Shown piece by piece: positions 9,384 through 17,189 of a DNA stretch of 64,000 bases. The translations under genes were made by a program, and so were the position numbers. Within the stretch, counting starts at the first letter, position 1. Every line of letters starts with the position of its first letter. Origin of the DNA: Candidatus Binatia bacterium (GTDB lineage Bacteria; Desulfobacterota; Binatia; UBA9968); assembly GCA_036554745.1 (NCBI GenBank), contig DATBMR010000320.1, positions 1,732-65,731 on the forward strand. Reading direction: 5' to 3'. The notes beneath the pieces were generated by a model that saw only the letters and a program-made list of their open reading frames with translations, searched no databases and was not told where the DNA came from.

Positions 9384-9937
9384 TCTTTGTCCTGTGGGCG
9401 ATTATTTTTTTGCTCGGCATCTGGATCATTTCGACCTACAACGCGCTGACCGCGTTGCGGCTGCGCATCCAAAACGCCTGGAGACAGATCGATGTGCAAC
9501 TGAAGCGCCGCTACGATCTTATTCCCAACCTCGTCGAAACCGTCAAAGGCTATATGCAATACGAGCAGGATACCCTGCAACGGGTCATCGACGCGCGCAG
9601 TCGCGCCATGGCATCCACGGGAGTTAAGGAGACCGCCGAAGCGCAGAACGTTCTCACGCAGTCGCTGGGAAAAATCTTTGCGCTGATGGAAAGCTATCCG
9701 GAACTCAAGGCCAACAAAAACGTTTTGGATCTCCAGGAGGAACTAACCACGACCGAGAATCAAATCGCCTTCGCGCGCCAGTACTACAATGATCTAGTGA
9801 CGCAGTATAACACCAAACAGCAAGTCTTCCCGTCGAACATGCTCGCCGGCTTTTTCGGCTTCGGGCCAAGCGAATTTTTTGAGGTCGCCGAAGCAGAGAA
9901 AGCACTGCCGCGCGTCAATCTCTCGCTCAGCCGCTAG
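9380..9937 (+). CDS. lemA: LemA family protein
   Basis: An N-terminal TM helix is followed by YNALTALRLRIQNAWRQIDVQLKRRYDLIPNLVETVKGY and YYNDLVTQYN. Confidence 0.85.
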   Translation: MIFVLWAIIFLLGIWIISTYNALTALRLRIQNAWRQIDVQLKRRYDLIPNLVETVKGYMQYEQDTLQRVIDARSRAMASTGVKETAEAQNVLTQSLGKIFALMESYPELKANKNVLDLQEELTTTENQIAFARQYYNDLVTQYNTKQQVFPSNMLAGFFGFGPSEFFEVAEAEKALPRVNLSLSR

Positions 9938-10017
9938 GGAGCGACCCGCTGGACACGCCGCCGGTCTCGGACTTCGTTGCCAGGCAAGCACATAACCAAC
10001 GCTGGAGTGCGGCGCTG

Positions 10018-10944
10018 GTGGCGATCTTCATATTATTTTTCCTGTTCATCGGCGTGGCGCTCGATTATCTGTATTTTGATGCTTTCACACGGGCAGGTTC
10101 GCCCTTGCCGATGGCGACGATCTTTGCGCTCGGTCTGGCGACTGTATCGACACTGACCGCGTACTACGGCGGCAGTGACATGATTCTTTCTTCGCTCGGC
10201 GCCCAGAGACTCAACCTGCAGATTCCCGAGCACCGCGAGTTGCACAACATCGTCACCGAGATGGCTTTAGCGTCGGGTTCGGCGATGCCGCGCATCTTTG
10301 TCGTCTTTAATCCGGCGCCCAACGCCTTCGCCACCGGCACCAACGAAAAGAATGCCGCAATCTGCGTTACGAGCGGTTTGTTGACGCTGTTGGACCGTGA
10401 GGAGACGCAAGGCGTGGTGGCGCACGAGATCTCGCACATTCGTAATGAAGATATCCTGCTCATGACATTGGTGAGCATTCTTCTGGGCGGCATCGCTATT
10501 CTTGCGGACTGGGGCCGGCGTGGTTTTTACAGCTCGAGGACCGGCCGGCGGCTCGGCAAGAAAAGCTTGCTGCTGTTCGTGCCGCTAATGATATTGATCG
10601 CGTTGTCACCGCTGATCGCGCGTTTACTGGCGATGGCCGTTTCGCGGCAACGGGAATACTTGGCGGACGCCACCGCTGCGCAGTACACGCGCAACCCGCA
10701 GGGCTTGGCGCGGGCTTTGGAAAAAATCCGCGACGCCGCGATGCCGTTCCACAAAGCGACGCGCGGCACCGCCCATCTGTTTTTTGTCAATCCATTGCGC
10801 TGGCACGTCAACGAGCGCGACGGCAGGTTGGCGGACTTGCTCGCCAGCCATCCGCCGGTCGAGCGCCGAATCGCCTTGCTCTACCGGATGGCCGGGACCG
10901 CGCGGCGGGTGATGCAAGATTCGCGACTTCAATTGGCTCAATAA
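10018..10944 (+). CDS. M48 family zinc metallopeptidase (HtpX-like)
   Basis: HEISHIRNED (HExxH) and several TM helices. The frame stays open upstream of GTG 10018 (…ARQAHNQRWSAAL), so the real start may be earlier. Confidence 0.8.
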   Translation: MAIFILFFLFIGVALDYLYFDAFTRAGSPLPMATIFALGLATVSTLTAYYGGSDMILSSLGAQRLNLQIPEHRELHNIVTEMALASGSAMPRIFVVFNPAPNAFATGTNEKNAAICVTSGLLTLLDREETQGVVAHEISHIRNEDILLMTLVSILLGGIAILADWGRRGFYSSRTGRRLGKKSLLLFVPLMILIALSPLIARLLAMAVSRQREYLADATAAQYTRNPQGLARALEKIRDAAMPFHKATRGTAHLFFVNPLRWHVNERDGRLADLLASHPPVERRIALLYRMAGTARRVMQDSRLQLAQ

Positions 10945-10959
10945 GCCGGAACGTCAGGC

Positions 10960-11529
10960 GTGTTACAATGTCCACAATGTGAGCGTGAGATGGCTGAGGT
11001 GAAGGCGCGGGCCAATCCCGGTTCGCTGATTCAGCTCGACCAGTGCCGGCAATGCGGCGGCATCTGGTGTGACAAGTGGGAGCTTTTCCCAGTCGCTACC
11101 GAAGAGGCCGATCGGCTGGATCCGGTCAACCAGGATCTTTTGCGCGAAGCCTTTCGTCGGCCGCAGAAGGCCCTGTATTGTCCGCGCTGTGCCGACGAGC
11201 TACGAGTGTGCGCCGATCCGGTCCTGCCAAAAGATATTCAGCTCTGGCGCTGCCGGCACTGTGACGGCATTTGGCTTAACCGCGGCCAGTTCCAACGCTA
11301 TAAGAACTATCAAACAAACACGCGCGCAGCGAAAATGGCTGAAGAAAGGATTGTTGCGAAATTGCCGGAAGTCTACGCCAAGCCAGAATCGTGGGTGGTT
11401 ACCGGTACCAAAGGCATCTATGCCTATCCGCGCGGTGAAGAGGAAGACGCCGAGCTGGCCGGCAAGAGCATGGGTGATGGCGCCAAGGTCGTGCTGCAAA
11501 CCCTGCTCCGCATGATCCTCGGAATCTGA
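10960..11529 (+). CDS. double zinc-ribbon (TFIIB-type zf) domain protein
   Basis: Two CxxC...CxxCxGxW modules: CPQCERE...CRQCGGIWCDKWEL and CPRCADE...CRHCDGIWLNRGQF. Confidence 0.6.
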   Translation: MLQCPQCEREMAEVKARANPGSLIQLDQCRQCGGIWCDKWELFPVATEEADRLDPVNQDLLREAFRRPQKALYCPRCADELRVCADPVLPKDIQLWRCRHCDGIWLNRGQFQRYKNYQTNTRAAKMAEERIVAKLPEVYAKPESWVVTGTKGIYAYPRGEEEDAELAGKSMGDGAKVVLQTLLRMILGI

Positions 11530-11540
11530 GAGCGGCTGGC

Positions 11541-11921
11541 TTAGACCAACGCGATCAGCTCGATCTCGAGCAGCGCGCCGCGCGGCAAATCCGCCACCGC
11601 GACCGTGGAGCGCGCGGGTTTGGCGGCACCGAGATACTCGGCATAAACTGCGTTCATCGCCGCAAAATCGGCAATATTTTTTAGAAAAACAGTGGTCTTG
11701 ACGACGCGTTCGAACGAAGATCCGGCCGCTTCGACGACGGCTCGCAGATTCTCCATCACACGCCGCGTTTGAACCGTGATATCGCCATCCACGACGTTGC
11801 CAGTGCTCGGGTCGAGCGGGATCTGTCCCGAGCAGTAAACGAACTCGCCGACCTTGATTGCTTGTTCATAGGGGCCAATCGCCTTGGGCGCGTTGGCCGT
11901 GCTGATGACTGCCTTGTCCAT
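11541..11921 (-). CDS. ridA: RidA/YjgF family reactive-intermediate deaminase
   Basis: 126 aa, with TANAPKAIGPYEQAIKVGEFVYCSGQIPLDP and a C-terminal LPRGALLEIE. Confidence 0.9.
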   Translation of the reverse strand: MDKAVISTANAPKAIGPYEQAIKVGEFVYCSGQIPLDPSTGNVVDGDITVQTRRVMENLRAVVEAAGSSFERVVKTTVFLKNIADFAAMNAVYAEYLGAAKPARSTVAVADLPRGALLEIELIALV

Positions 11922-12041
11922 TTAACCTGCTCCTTCAATCCTGCAACCAAGCTATATCAGGATTTCGTCCGCTCGCAATGACTCGGAAAGGCCCAGCTTG
12001 CGCCAGACACACCGGCTGTGATTGACTGCCAATAGTCACCG

Positions 12042-12239
12042 ATGAGGCTTATCACCGCTCACAAAATCCTGATCGCCAGCGCGACGATATTTTTCGTCTT
12101 TTTCGCGCTCTGGGAGTTGCGTCATTATTCCAGCGGGGGCGATCTTTGGACCGCCGCTCGCAGCGCCCTTTACTTCCTAGTCTCGGTAGGACTCGGGGTT
12201 TATCTAAAGAACCTTCGTCGGTGGTATAAGCTGAGGTGA
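12042..12239 (+). CDS. small two-TM membrane protein (hypothetical)
   Basis: 65 aa with two hydrophobic helices. The stop overlaps the GTG start of the HNH gene (GTGA at 12236-12239). Confidence 0.4.
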   Translation: MRLITAHKILIASATIFFVFFALWELRHYSSGGDLWTAARSALYFLVSVGLGVYLKNLRRWYKLR

Positions 12240-12529
12240 CCGGGGTCGTGAAACCTGAACCCTTTTTAGTCGAGATGACCGAGCAGCAAATTCGCCGGGA
12301 GCGGCAGCGGGCCCGCGAGTTGCGCGCAAGCGAGTGGTGGAAGCGCAAGCGCGCCGTAGGAATTTGTCACCACTGCGGGAAAAAGTTTTCGCCCGCAGAG
12401 CTAACCATGGACCATCTGGTGCCGATCATCCGCGGCGGAAAATCGACCAAGGGTAATTTGGTGGCGAGCTGCAAGAGGTGCAACTCTGAGCGCAAGCATC
12501 GGCTGCCGTTCGAGGTGGCTGTCGATTAA
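12236..12529 (+). CDS. small HNH endonuclease domain protein
   Basis: CHHCGKK...DHLVPIIRGG...NLVASCKRCNSERKH shows the HNH / CxxC pattern. Confidence 0.75.
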   Translation: MTGVVKPEPFLVEMTEQQIRRERQRARELRASEWWKRKRAVGICHHCGKKFSPAELTMDHLVPIIRGGKSTKGNLVASCKRCNSERKHRLPFEVAVD

Positions 12530-12582
12530 CCGATGCTTGGACGATGGTCTTCACCGAGAACGAGCTGATCGGAGGTAGAGCG

Positions 12583-13317
12583 ATGCCTATCGAAACTTTT
12601 TTGATGCGCACCATGTCCGACACCGTGGAGACCGACATCCGGCGGGTATTGACGATCGCCAACGAGCTCCTGCCGCGCTACAATTTGCCCGAACTCACCT
12701 TTGAGCAACTAAGAAAAATTGCCGATGGGCCCTTCGATCTGTTTCTCATCCCGTTGCTCTTCGCTAAGGAGTTCGAGCGGGACCGCAGTCTGCCTTTCAA
12801 CGAAGCCAAGCGAGTCGAAATTCGCAGGCAAGCTCTCGAGATCGCGCGAAAACATCGATATGACGTCGATCCGCCGGAATTTATTCCCGGTACCGAAGAG
12901 TCTTTGAGAGCAACAAAGGAAGCGGGCTTAAGAAACATCTTGTTGACTACCGGCGGACGGCGCTACAAGCATCAGGCGATGGAGAAGGCCGGCATCGGCG
13001 GCTACTTCGAGGAAATCGTCGACCGTGATCAAACCTATTACGCCAAGGAGCAGGGAATCTATTTTCTCTATCGTAAGTATAGAATCCAGCACATGCGGGT
13101 CATCTTGCTGAGCGGGACGGCGACATATCTAAGGGCCGCAAAAAACGCCGACGGCTGCAAGGTCGGAGACACCTATTTGGAAGTTATCCCGATCGCCCTG
13201 GCGAGCGAGTATTCGTACAATGATGAAGAAACTCTCACGGCGGCGAAACCGGCAGCGCTCATCCACCGCCTGGACGAGCTGCTGCCGACGTTAAAGGAGT
13301 TGGGCCCGTTGCGTTGA
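12583..13317 (+). CDS. HAD-fold-like protein lacking the catalytic Asp motifs (hypothetical)
   Basis: ILLTTGG, YAKEQG and LRAAKNADG resemble HAD motifs II-IV, but there is no N-terminal DxDxT. ATG 12583 has GGAGG 7 nt upstream, which I prefer over ATG 12544. Confidence 0.45.
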   Translation: MPIETFLMRTMSDTVETDIRRVLTIANELLPRYNLPELTFEQLRKIADGPFDLFLIPLLFAKEFERDRSLPFNEAKRVEIRRQALEIARKHRYDVDPPEFIPGTEESLRATKEAGLRNILLTTGGRRYKHQAMEKAGIGGYFEEIVDRDQTYYAKEQGIYFLYRKYRIQHMRVILLSGTATYLRAAKNADGCKVGDTYLEVIPIALASEYSYNDEETLTAAKPAALIHRLDELLPTLKELGPLR

Positions 13318-13374
13318 CCACCGCCCGAAGCTTTGCATCGAGCGCGATGGAAGGGCGCAGGACCGCAACGGGAG

Positions 13375-14340
13375 CTAAAGCCACCGGGCTTTGCGAAAAC
13401 GATAAAACAGATAGATGTCGACAGCTGCCATCAGCAGCAACGCCAGCGGATAGCCCAAAAACCAGTTCAATTCCGGCATATTCTGAAAGTTCATGCCGTA
13501 AACCCCGGCAATCAAAGTCGGCACGGTGACCAATGCACCGTAGGACGCCAAGCGCTTGGTTACGGCATTCTCCTGAATTGAGATGAGCGAGATCGTGACC
13601 GAAATTCCGGTGGTCACCATATCGCGCAAGCTGTCGATCGCCTGGTTGAGCCGCAGCAAGTGGTCATAAACATCGCGAAAATAGTCCTGCAGCGCCACGC
13701 AGAGCGGGGGCACGCGGCCGCCGAATAGTTTGGCTGTGGCCTCGAGCAGCGGTTCGGTGGCATGTTTGAGAATCATCAGCTTGCGTTTGGCGGAGTACAG
13801 AGCTTCGATGTGTTCGCGCACAGGTTGATCGGCGAAAATACGTTCTTCAATGTCCTCGATGGCGGATTCGATGCTATCGAGCACCGGAAAGTAGCGATCT
13901 ACGACGGCGTCCATGAGGGCATAGAGCACGTAGCCGGCGCCATGACGCAAAAATTCCGGTTCGTGTTCACAGCGAGCGCGCACGTCGGTAAAGCCGCGTG
14001 CGGCGCGCGAACGGACCGAGAGCACATATTTCGGGCCGGCAAAAATAGCCACTTCGCCGACATTGAGATCGCCGTTGTCTAGCTCTATCAGATGAAGCAC
14101 GACAAATAACGAATCATCGTATTCGTCTATCTTTGGCCGCTGGTGGCCGTGCTGCGCGTCCTCCACCGCCAAAGCGTGCAAGCCGAACTCCCGCTGCATC
14201 GCCTGAAGTTCGGCCGGCTCGGGTTCCTTGAGCGCGACCCAAACGAAACAGTCGGGGCGCGCGATATAGGAGCTGATTTCGTCTACGGATATGTCGGCGA
14301 GCTTGCGACCGTTCTGGTAGACGACGCAGTTGATGATCAT
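13375..14340 (-). CDS. corA: magnesium/cobalt transporter CorA
   Basis: GVYGMNFQNMPE (the GMN motif) between two C-terminal TM helices. Length is 321 aa. Confidence 0.9.
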   Translation of the reverse strand: MIINCVVYQNGRKLADISVDEISSYIARPDCFVWVALKEPEPAELQAMQREFGLHALAVEDAQHGHQRPKIDEYDDSLFVVLHLIELDNGDLNVGEVAIFAGPKYVLSVRSRAARGFTDVRARCEHEPEFLRHGAGYVLYALMDAVVDRYFPVLDSIESAIEDIEERIFADQPVREHIEALYSAKRKLMILKHATEPLLEATAKLFGGRVPPLCVALQDYFRDVYDHLLRLNQAIDSLRDMVTTGISVTISLISIQENAVTKRLASYGALVTVPTLIAGVYGMNFQNMPELNWFLGYPLALLLMAAVDIYLFYRFRKARWL

Positions 14341-14551
14341 TGGATGTCTCGCTGCTTGGTCCGTTTCGTACTCTCACTTGAAGGTCATGGCAGAGTCAAG
14401 GAAAATGTCGGAGGGGACTCACGAAGTCCGAGATGGTCGGGTAGTTTCCGGTGTACTTTGAGCTGATGTCGTTTGTCTCGTGCTGTAATAGCGAGGCGAC
14501 GTTCAGGTTGTTTGCGCTTGTCCCAAGGGAGAGAGTTGCCCTGGAGGTTCC

Positions 14552-15103
14552 ATGAAGCCTGTAAGTTTTCTGCAGGGCCGGGTGTGCGTTAAGGTCGGTG
14601 ACATTACCAAGGAAAATGTCGATGCGCTCGTGAACGCGGCCAACGGTACGTTGTTGGGCGGCGGCGGCGTCGATGGGGCGATTCATCGTGCCGGTGGGAG
14701 CGCCATCTTGGATGCATGCCGAGAAATCCGCCGCACGCAATATCCCGACGGCTTACCGACCGGCGAGGCGGTAATGACCGGCGGAGGCAACCTGCTGGCG
14801 AAGTACGTGATTCACACGGTCGGTCCGGTTTATGGGCGCGGCGGTCCTGAGAAGGCGGATTTGCTGGCGGCCTGTTATCGGAACTCGCTGGCGTTGGCGG
14901 TGGCCCATGGCCTTACGACCATCGCCTTTCCCGCGATTTCGACGGGCATTTATGGCTACCCGCAGAACCAAGCGGCCAAGGTCGTCTCCCACGCGATCGA
15001 GCAGTTCTTGGCAGGCGATCGTCACCTCAAAGAAGTTCGTCTGGTGTTTTTTAACGCCGGCGACGCCGAAGTGTTCTTGCAACATCAAGCGTTTACCGGA
15101 TAG
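14552..15103 (+). CDS. macro domain protein (O-acetyl-ADP-ribose deacetylase, YmdB-like)
   Basis: GDITKENVDALVNAANGTLLGGGGVDGAIHRAGG and AFPAISTGIYGYP. Confidence 0.85.
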   Translation: MKPVSFLQGRVCVKVGDITKENVDALVNAANGTLLGGGGVDGAIHRAGGSAILDACREIRRTQYPDGLPTGEAVMTGGGNLLAKYVIHTVGPVYGRGGPEKADLLAACYRNSLALAVAHGLTTIAFPAISTGIYGYPQNQAAKVVSHAIEQFLAGDRHLKEVRLVFFNAGDAEVFLQHQAFTG

Positions 15104-15188
15104 AAGAAGCGGCGGCAATATGACTGGCAATTTTGGATTTCTGTTCCGGGTGGGGCGGCACTTGGACGCTGTGGGCATTTAGGTTGAC

Positions 15189-16613
15189 ATGTCGAAGCCA
15201 GCGAGCGCCATACGAATCGGTATCGAGGGAGTTTCTTATTCGCTGACCCATGTGCCCGAGCTGGTGCGCTACGGCTCCAAGCCTTTGCGCGAGCTGCGCG
15301 CCCGGCCTGGGTTGCGCGACCAACTGCCGAAACATCTGCGCAGCTTTGCCGCTGCGACCGCCTATGCGCCGCACCAAGTCTATATCGGTAACATCGCGCC
15401 GGAGACACTCAGCGAGCTCGCCACACCCTGGTATGAAAGACTGCTCGAGGGCGTCTTGCCGCGAGGCCGCTTCGGTGATCTCGTCAATCAGAACGAGTTT
15501 TACGCGCGCCTGGCGGCCGCCGATCGTTTCGGTCTGGTGACATTCGAGCAGCGCTGGTTTGACGCGCACGCGAGGGTTTATGCGAATTCGGGCGAGCTGC
15601 GGCTAGGCTCGTTCGGTGACATTGAGACACGTTGCTCCAAGGGGGCGCTGGCACTGTATTCCGGTGAGCGCCTCGTCGGTGCCGTGGAGCCGGGACATAT
15701 CGATGACGCCAATCTCGCGGCTGAAGTCTTGTTGGAAAATTTCGCGGCGAAGGTTACGGCCGCCCATGCATTGCGCGGGGTTTTGGATCGGCTCAAGCTG
15801 GCCCCGAGTGAGATCGATTACGTTATCAGTTGCTCCGAGGAAGCGGTCGGCGACCGTTACAACCGCGGCGGCGGCAATCTGGCTAAAGCGATCGCGGAAG
15901 ATGCCGGCTGTGAAAACGCATCCGGCTCGGACACCAAGGCGTTCTGCGCCGGCCCGATGTATGCGATGGTCCATGGGGCCAGTTTGATTCAAGCCGGTGT
16001 GGCCAAGAGAGTCGCCGTCGTTGCCGGTGGATCAGTGGCCAAACTGGGCATGAAATTCGAGGCGCATTTAAAAAAGCAGATGCCGATTTTGGAAGACGTG
16101 CTCGGCAGCTTCGCTGCGATCCTGGCGCCTGCCAAGCCGGGACAGCCATGTATCCGCCTCGACTCCGTGGCATTTCACCCGGTGCGTGCCGGGTCATCGC
16201 CCCAGCTGATGGCGGAACACCTTGCAGAAAAGCCGCTGGCCCGGCTCGGCATAAAATTGACCGATGTGGACCGTTACGGAGTGGAGCTGCATAATCCGGA
16301 GATCACGGTGCCTGCAGGGAGCGGCGATGTGCCGCGCACGAACTACTTGACGCTGGCGGCTCTGGCCGTGATGCGCGGCCAGATTCGCAAGAATCAGATG
16401 GAAGATTTCGTCCGGATGCGCGGCATGTTAGGTTACGCTCCGACCCAAGGGCACATTCCCTCGGCGATTGTTTACTTGGGCCATGCGCTCGAAGGTTTGC
16501 GCAGCGGAAAAATTCGGTGTGCATTGTTAATGGCTAAAGGCAGCCTGTTTCTCGGCCGCATGACACAGCTTTCTGACGGCTGCTCCTTCTTGGTTGATTG
16601 CAAGGAATCCTAG
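15189..16613 (+). CDS. GrdC-like protein (glycine/sarcosine/betaine reductase component C beta-subunit-like, thiolase/KAS fold)
   Basis: LPKHLRSFAAATAYAPHQVYIGN and ISCSEEAVGDRYNRGGGNLAKA match my recollection of GrdC. FCAGP...VAVVAGGSVAKLG is a thiolase-like pattern. The gene sits 10 nt upstream of grdA. The assignment is from memory and needs HMM confirmation. Confidence 0.5.
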   Translation: MSKPASAIRIGIEGVSYSLTHVPELVRYGSKPLRELRARPGLRDQLPKHLRSFAAATAYAPHQVYIGNIAPETLSELATPWYERLLEGVLPRGRFGDLVNQNEFYARLAAADRFGLVTFEQRWFDAHARVYANSGELRLGSFGDIETRCSKGALALYSGERLVGAVEPGHIDDANLAAEVLLENFAAKVTAAHALRGVLDRLKLAPSEIDYVISCSEEAVGDRYNRGGGNLAKAIAEDAGCENASGSDTKAFCAGPMYAMVHGASLIQAGVAKRVAVVAGGSVAKLGMKFEAHLKKQMPILEDVLGSFAAILAPAKPGQPCIRLDSVAFHPVRAGSSPQLMAEHLAEKPLARLGIKLTDVDRYGVELHNPEITVPAGSGDVPRTNYLTLAALAVMRGQIRKNQMEDFVRMRGMLGYAPTQGHIPSAIVYLGHALEGLRSGKIRCALLMAKGSLFLGRMTQLSDGCSFLVDCKES

Positions 16614-16623
16614 CGGAGGCTGA

Positions 16624-17079
16624 ATGCAAAAAGGGAAAAAAATCATCGCTATCGGCGAGCGCGACGGCGTCCCGGGTCCGGTGATCGCCGAATGCCTGGA
16701 AGGCGCGGGCTACGAAGTTGTCTTCCAAGCGACCGAATGCTTTGTTTGAACCGCCGCAGGCGCGATGAACTTCGAGAACCAGGGAGTCATCAAGCGCCTA
16801 GCGGACCAGTATGGTCCGGAAAATCTGACAGTGGTGTTGGGCAATGGCGAAGCTACTGGGGTCGAAGTCTTTGCCGAGACGGTGACCGAAGGCGATCCAA
16901 GCTATGCCGGACCGCTGACCGGGGTGACGCTAAAAATTCCCGTCTACCACATCCTTGAAAACGAAGTGATCTCGGTGGTGCCGGATCAACTGCGCGAAGA
17001 AAAGTTGCAGCTCTCGTGCTTGGTGATCGACGTCGAGCCGATGCACCGAGTGCTTAAAGCGTCGCGGGAGAAGCTCTGA
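16624..17079 (+). CDS. grdA: glycine/sarcosine/betaine reductase complex selenoprotein A (GrdA), with selenocysteine TGA at 16747-16749
   Basis: ATG 16624 follows GGAGG. The translation is [55 protein letters not shown]..., in frame with track ORF 16765..17079. CFVUTAAGAM is the GrdA redox-centre hallmark. Confidence 0.8.
16751..16804 (+). promoter_or_regulatory. candidate bacterial SECIS stem-loop downstream of the grdA UGA
   Basis: Nested helices: CCGC/GCGG, AGGCGC/GCGCCU, GAUGA/UCAUC and CUUC/GGAG, with a 9-nt apical loop GAGAACCAG (16774-16782). The structure begins 2 nt after the UGA. Confidence 0.45.
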
Positions 17080-17083
17080 ATGC

Positions 17084-17177
17084 GTTCAAGGTTCAAACGT
17101 TCAAAGTTCAAACCGTTTTCTTCGCTGGTATCCTTCTGACGATTTGAACGGCTTGAACGGTTTGCACGACTTGCACC
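17084..17177. repeat. inverted arrays of GTTCAA(A/G) heptamer-like repeats (long imperfect hairpin)
   Basis: The left arm is gttcaag-gttcaaac-gttcaaa-gttcaaacc (17084-17114). The right arm (17141-17177) is its imperfect reverse complement (tttgaacg gcttgaacg gtttgcacg acttgcacc). The element lies between the convergent grdA and binding-protein genes. Confidence 0.6.
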
Positions 17178-17189
17178 AACTTCTTGCCG

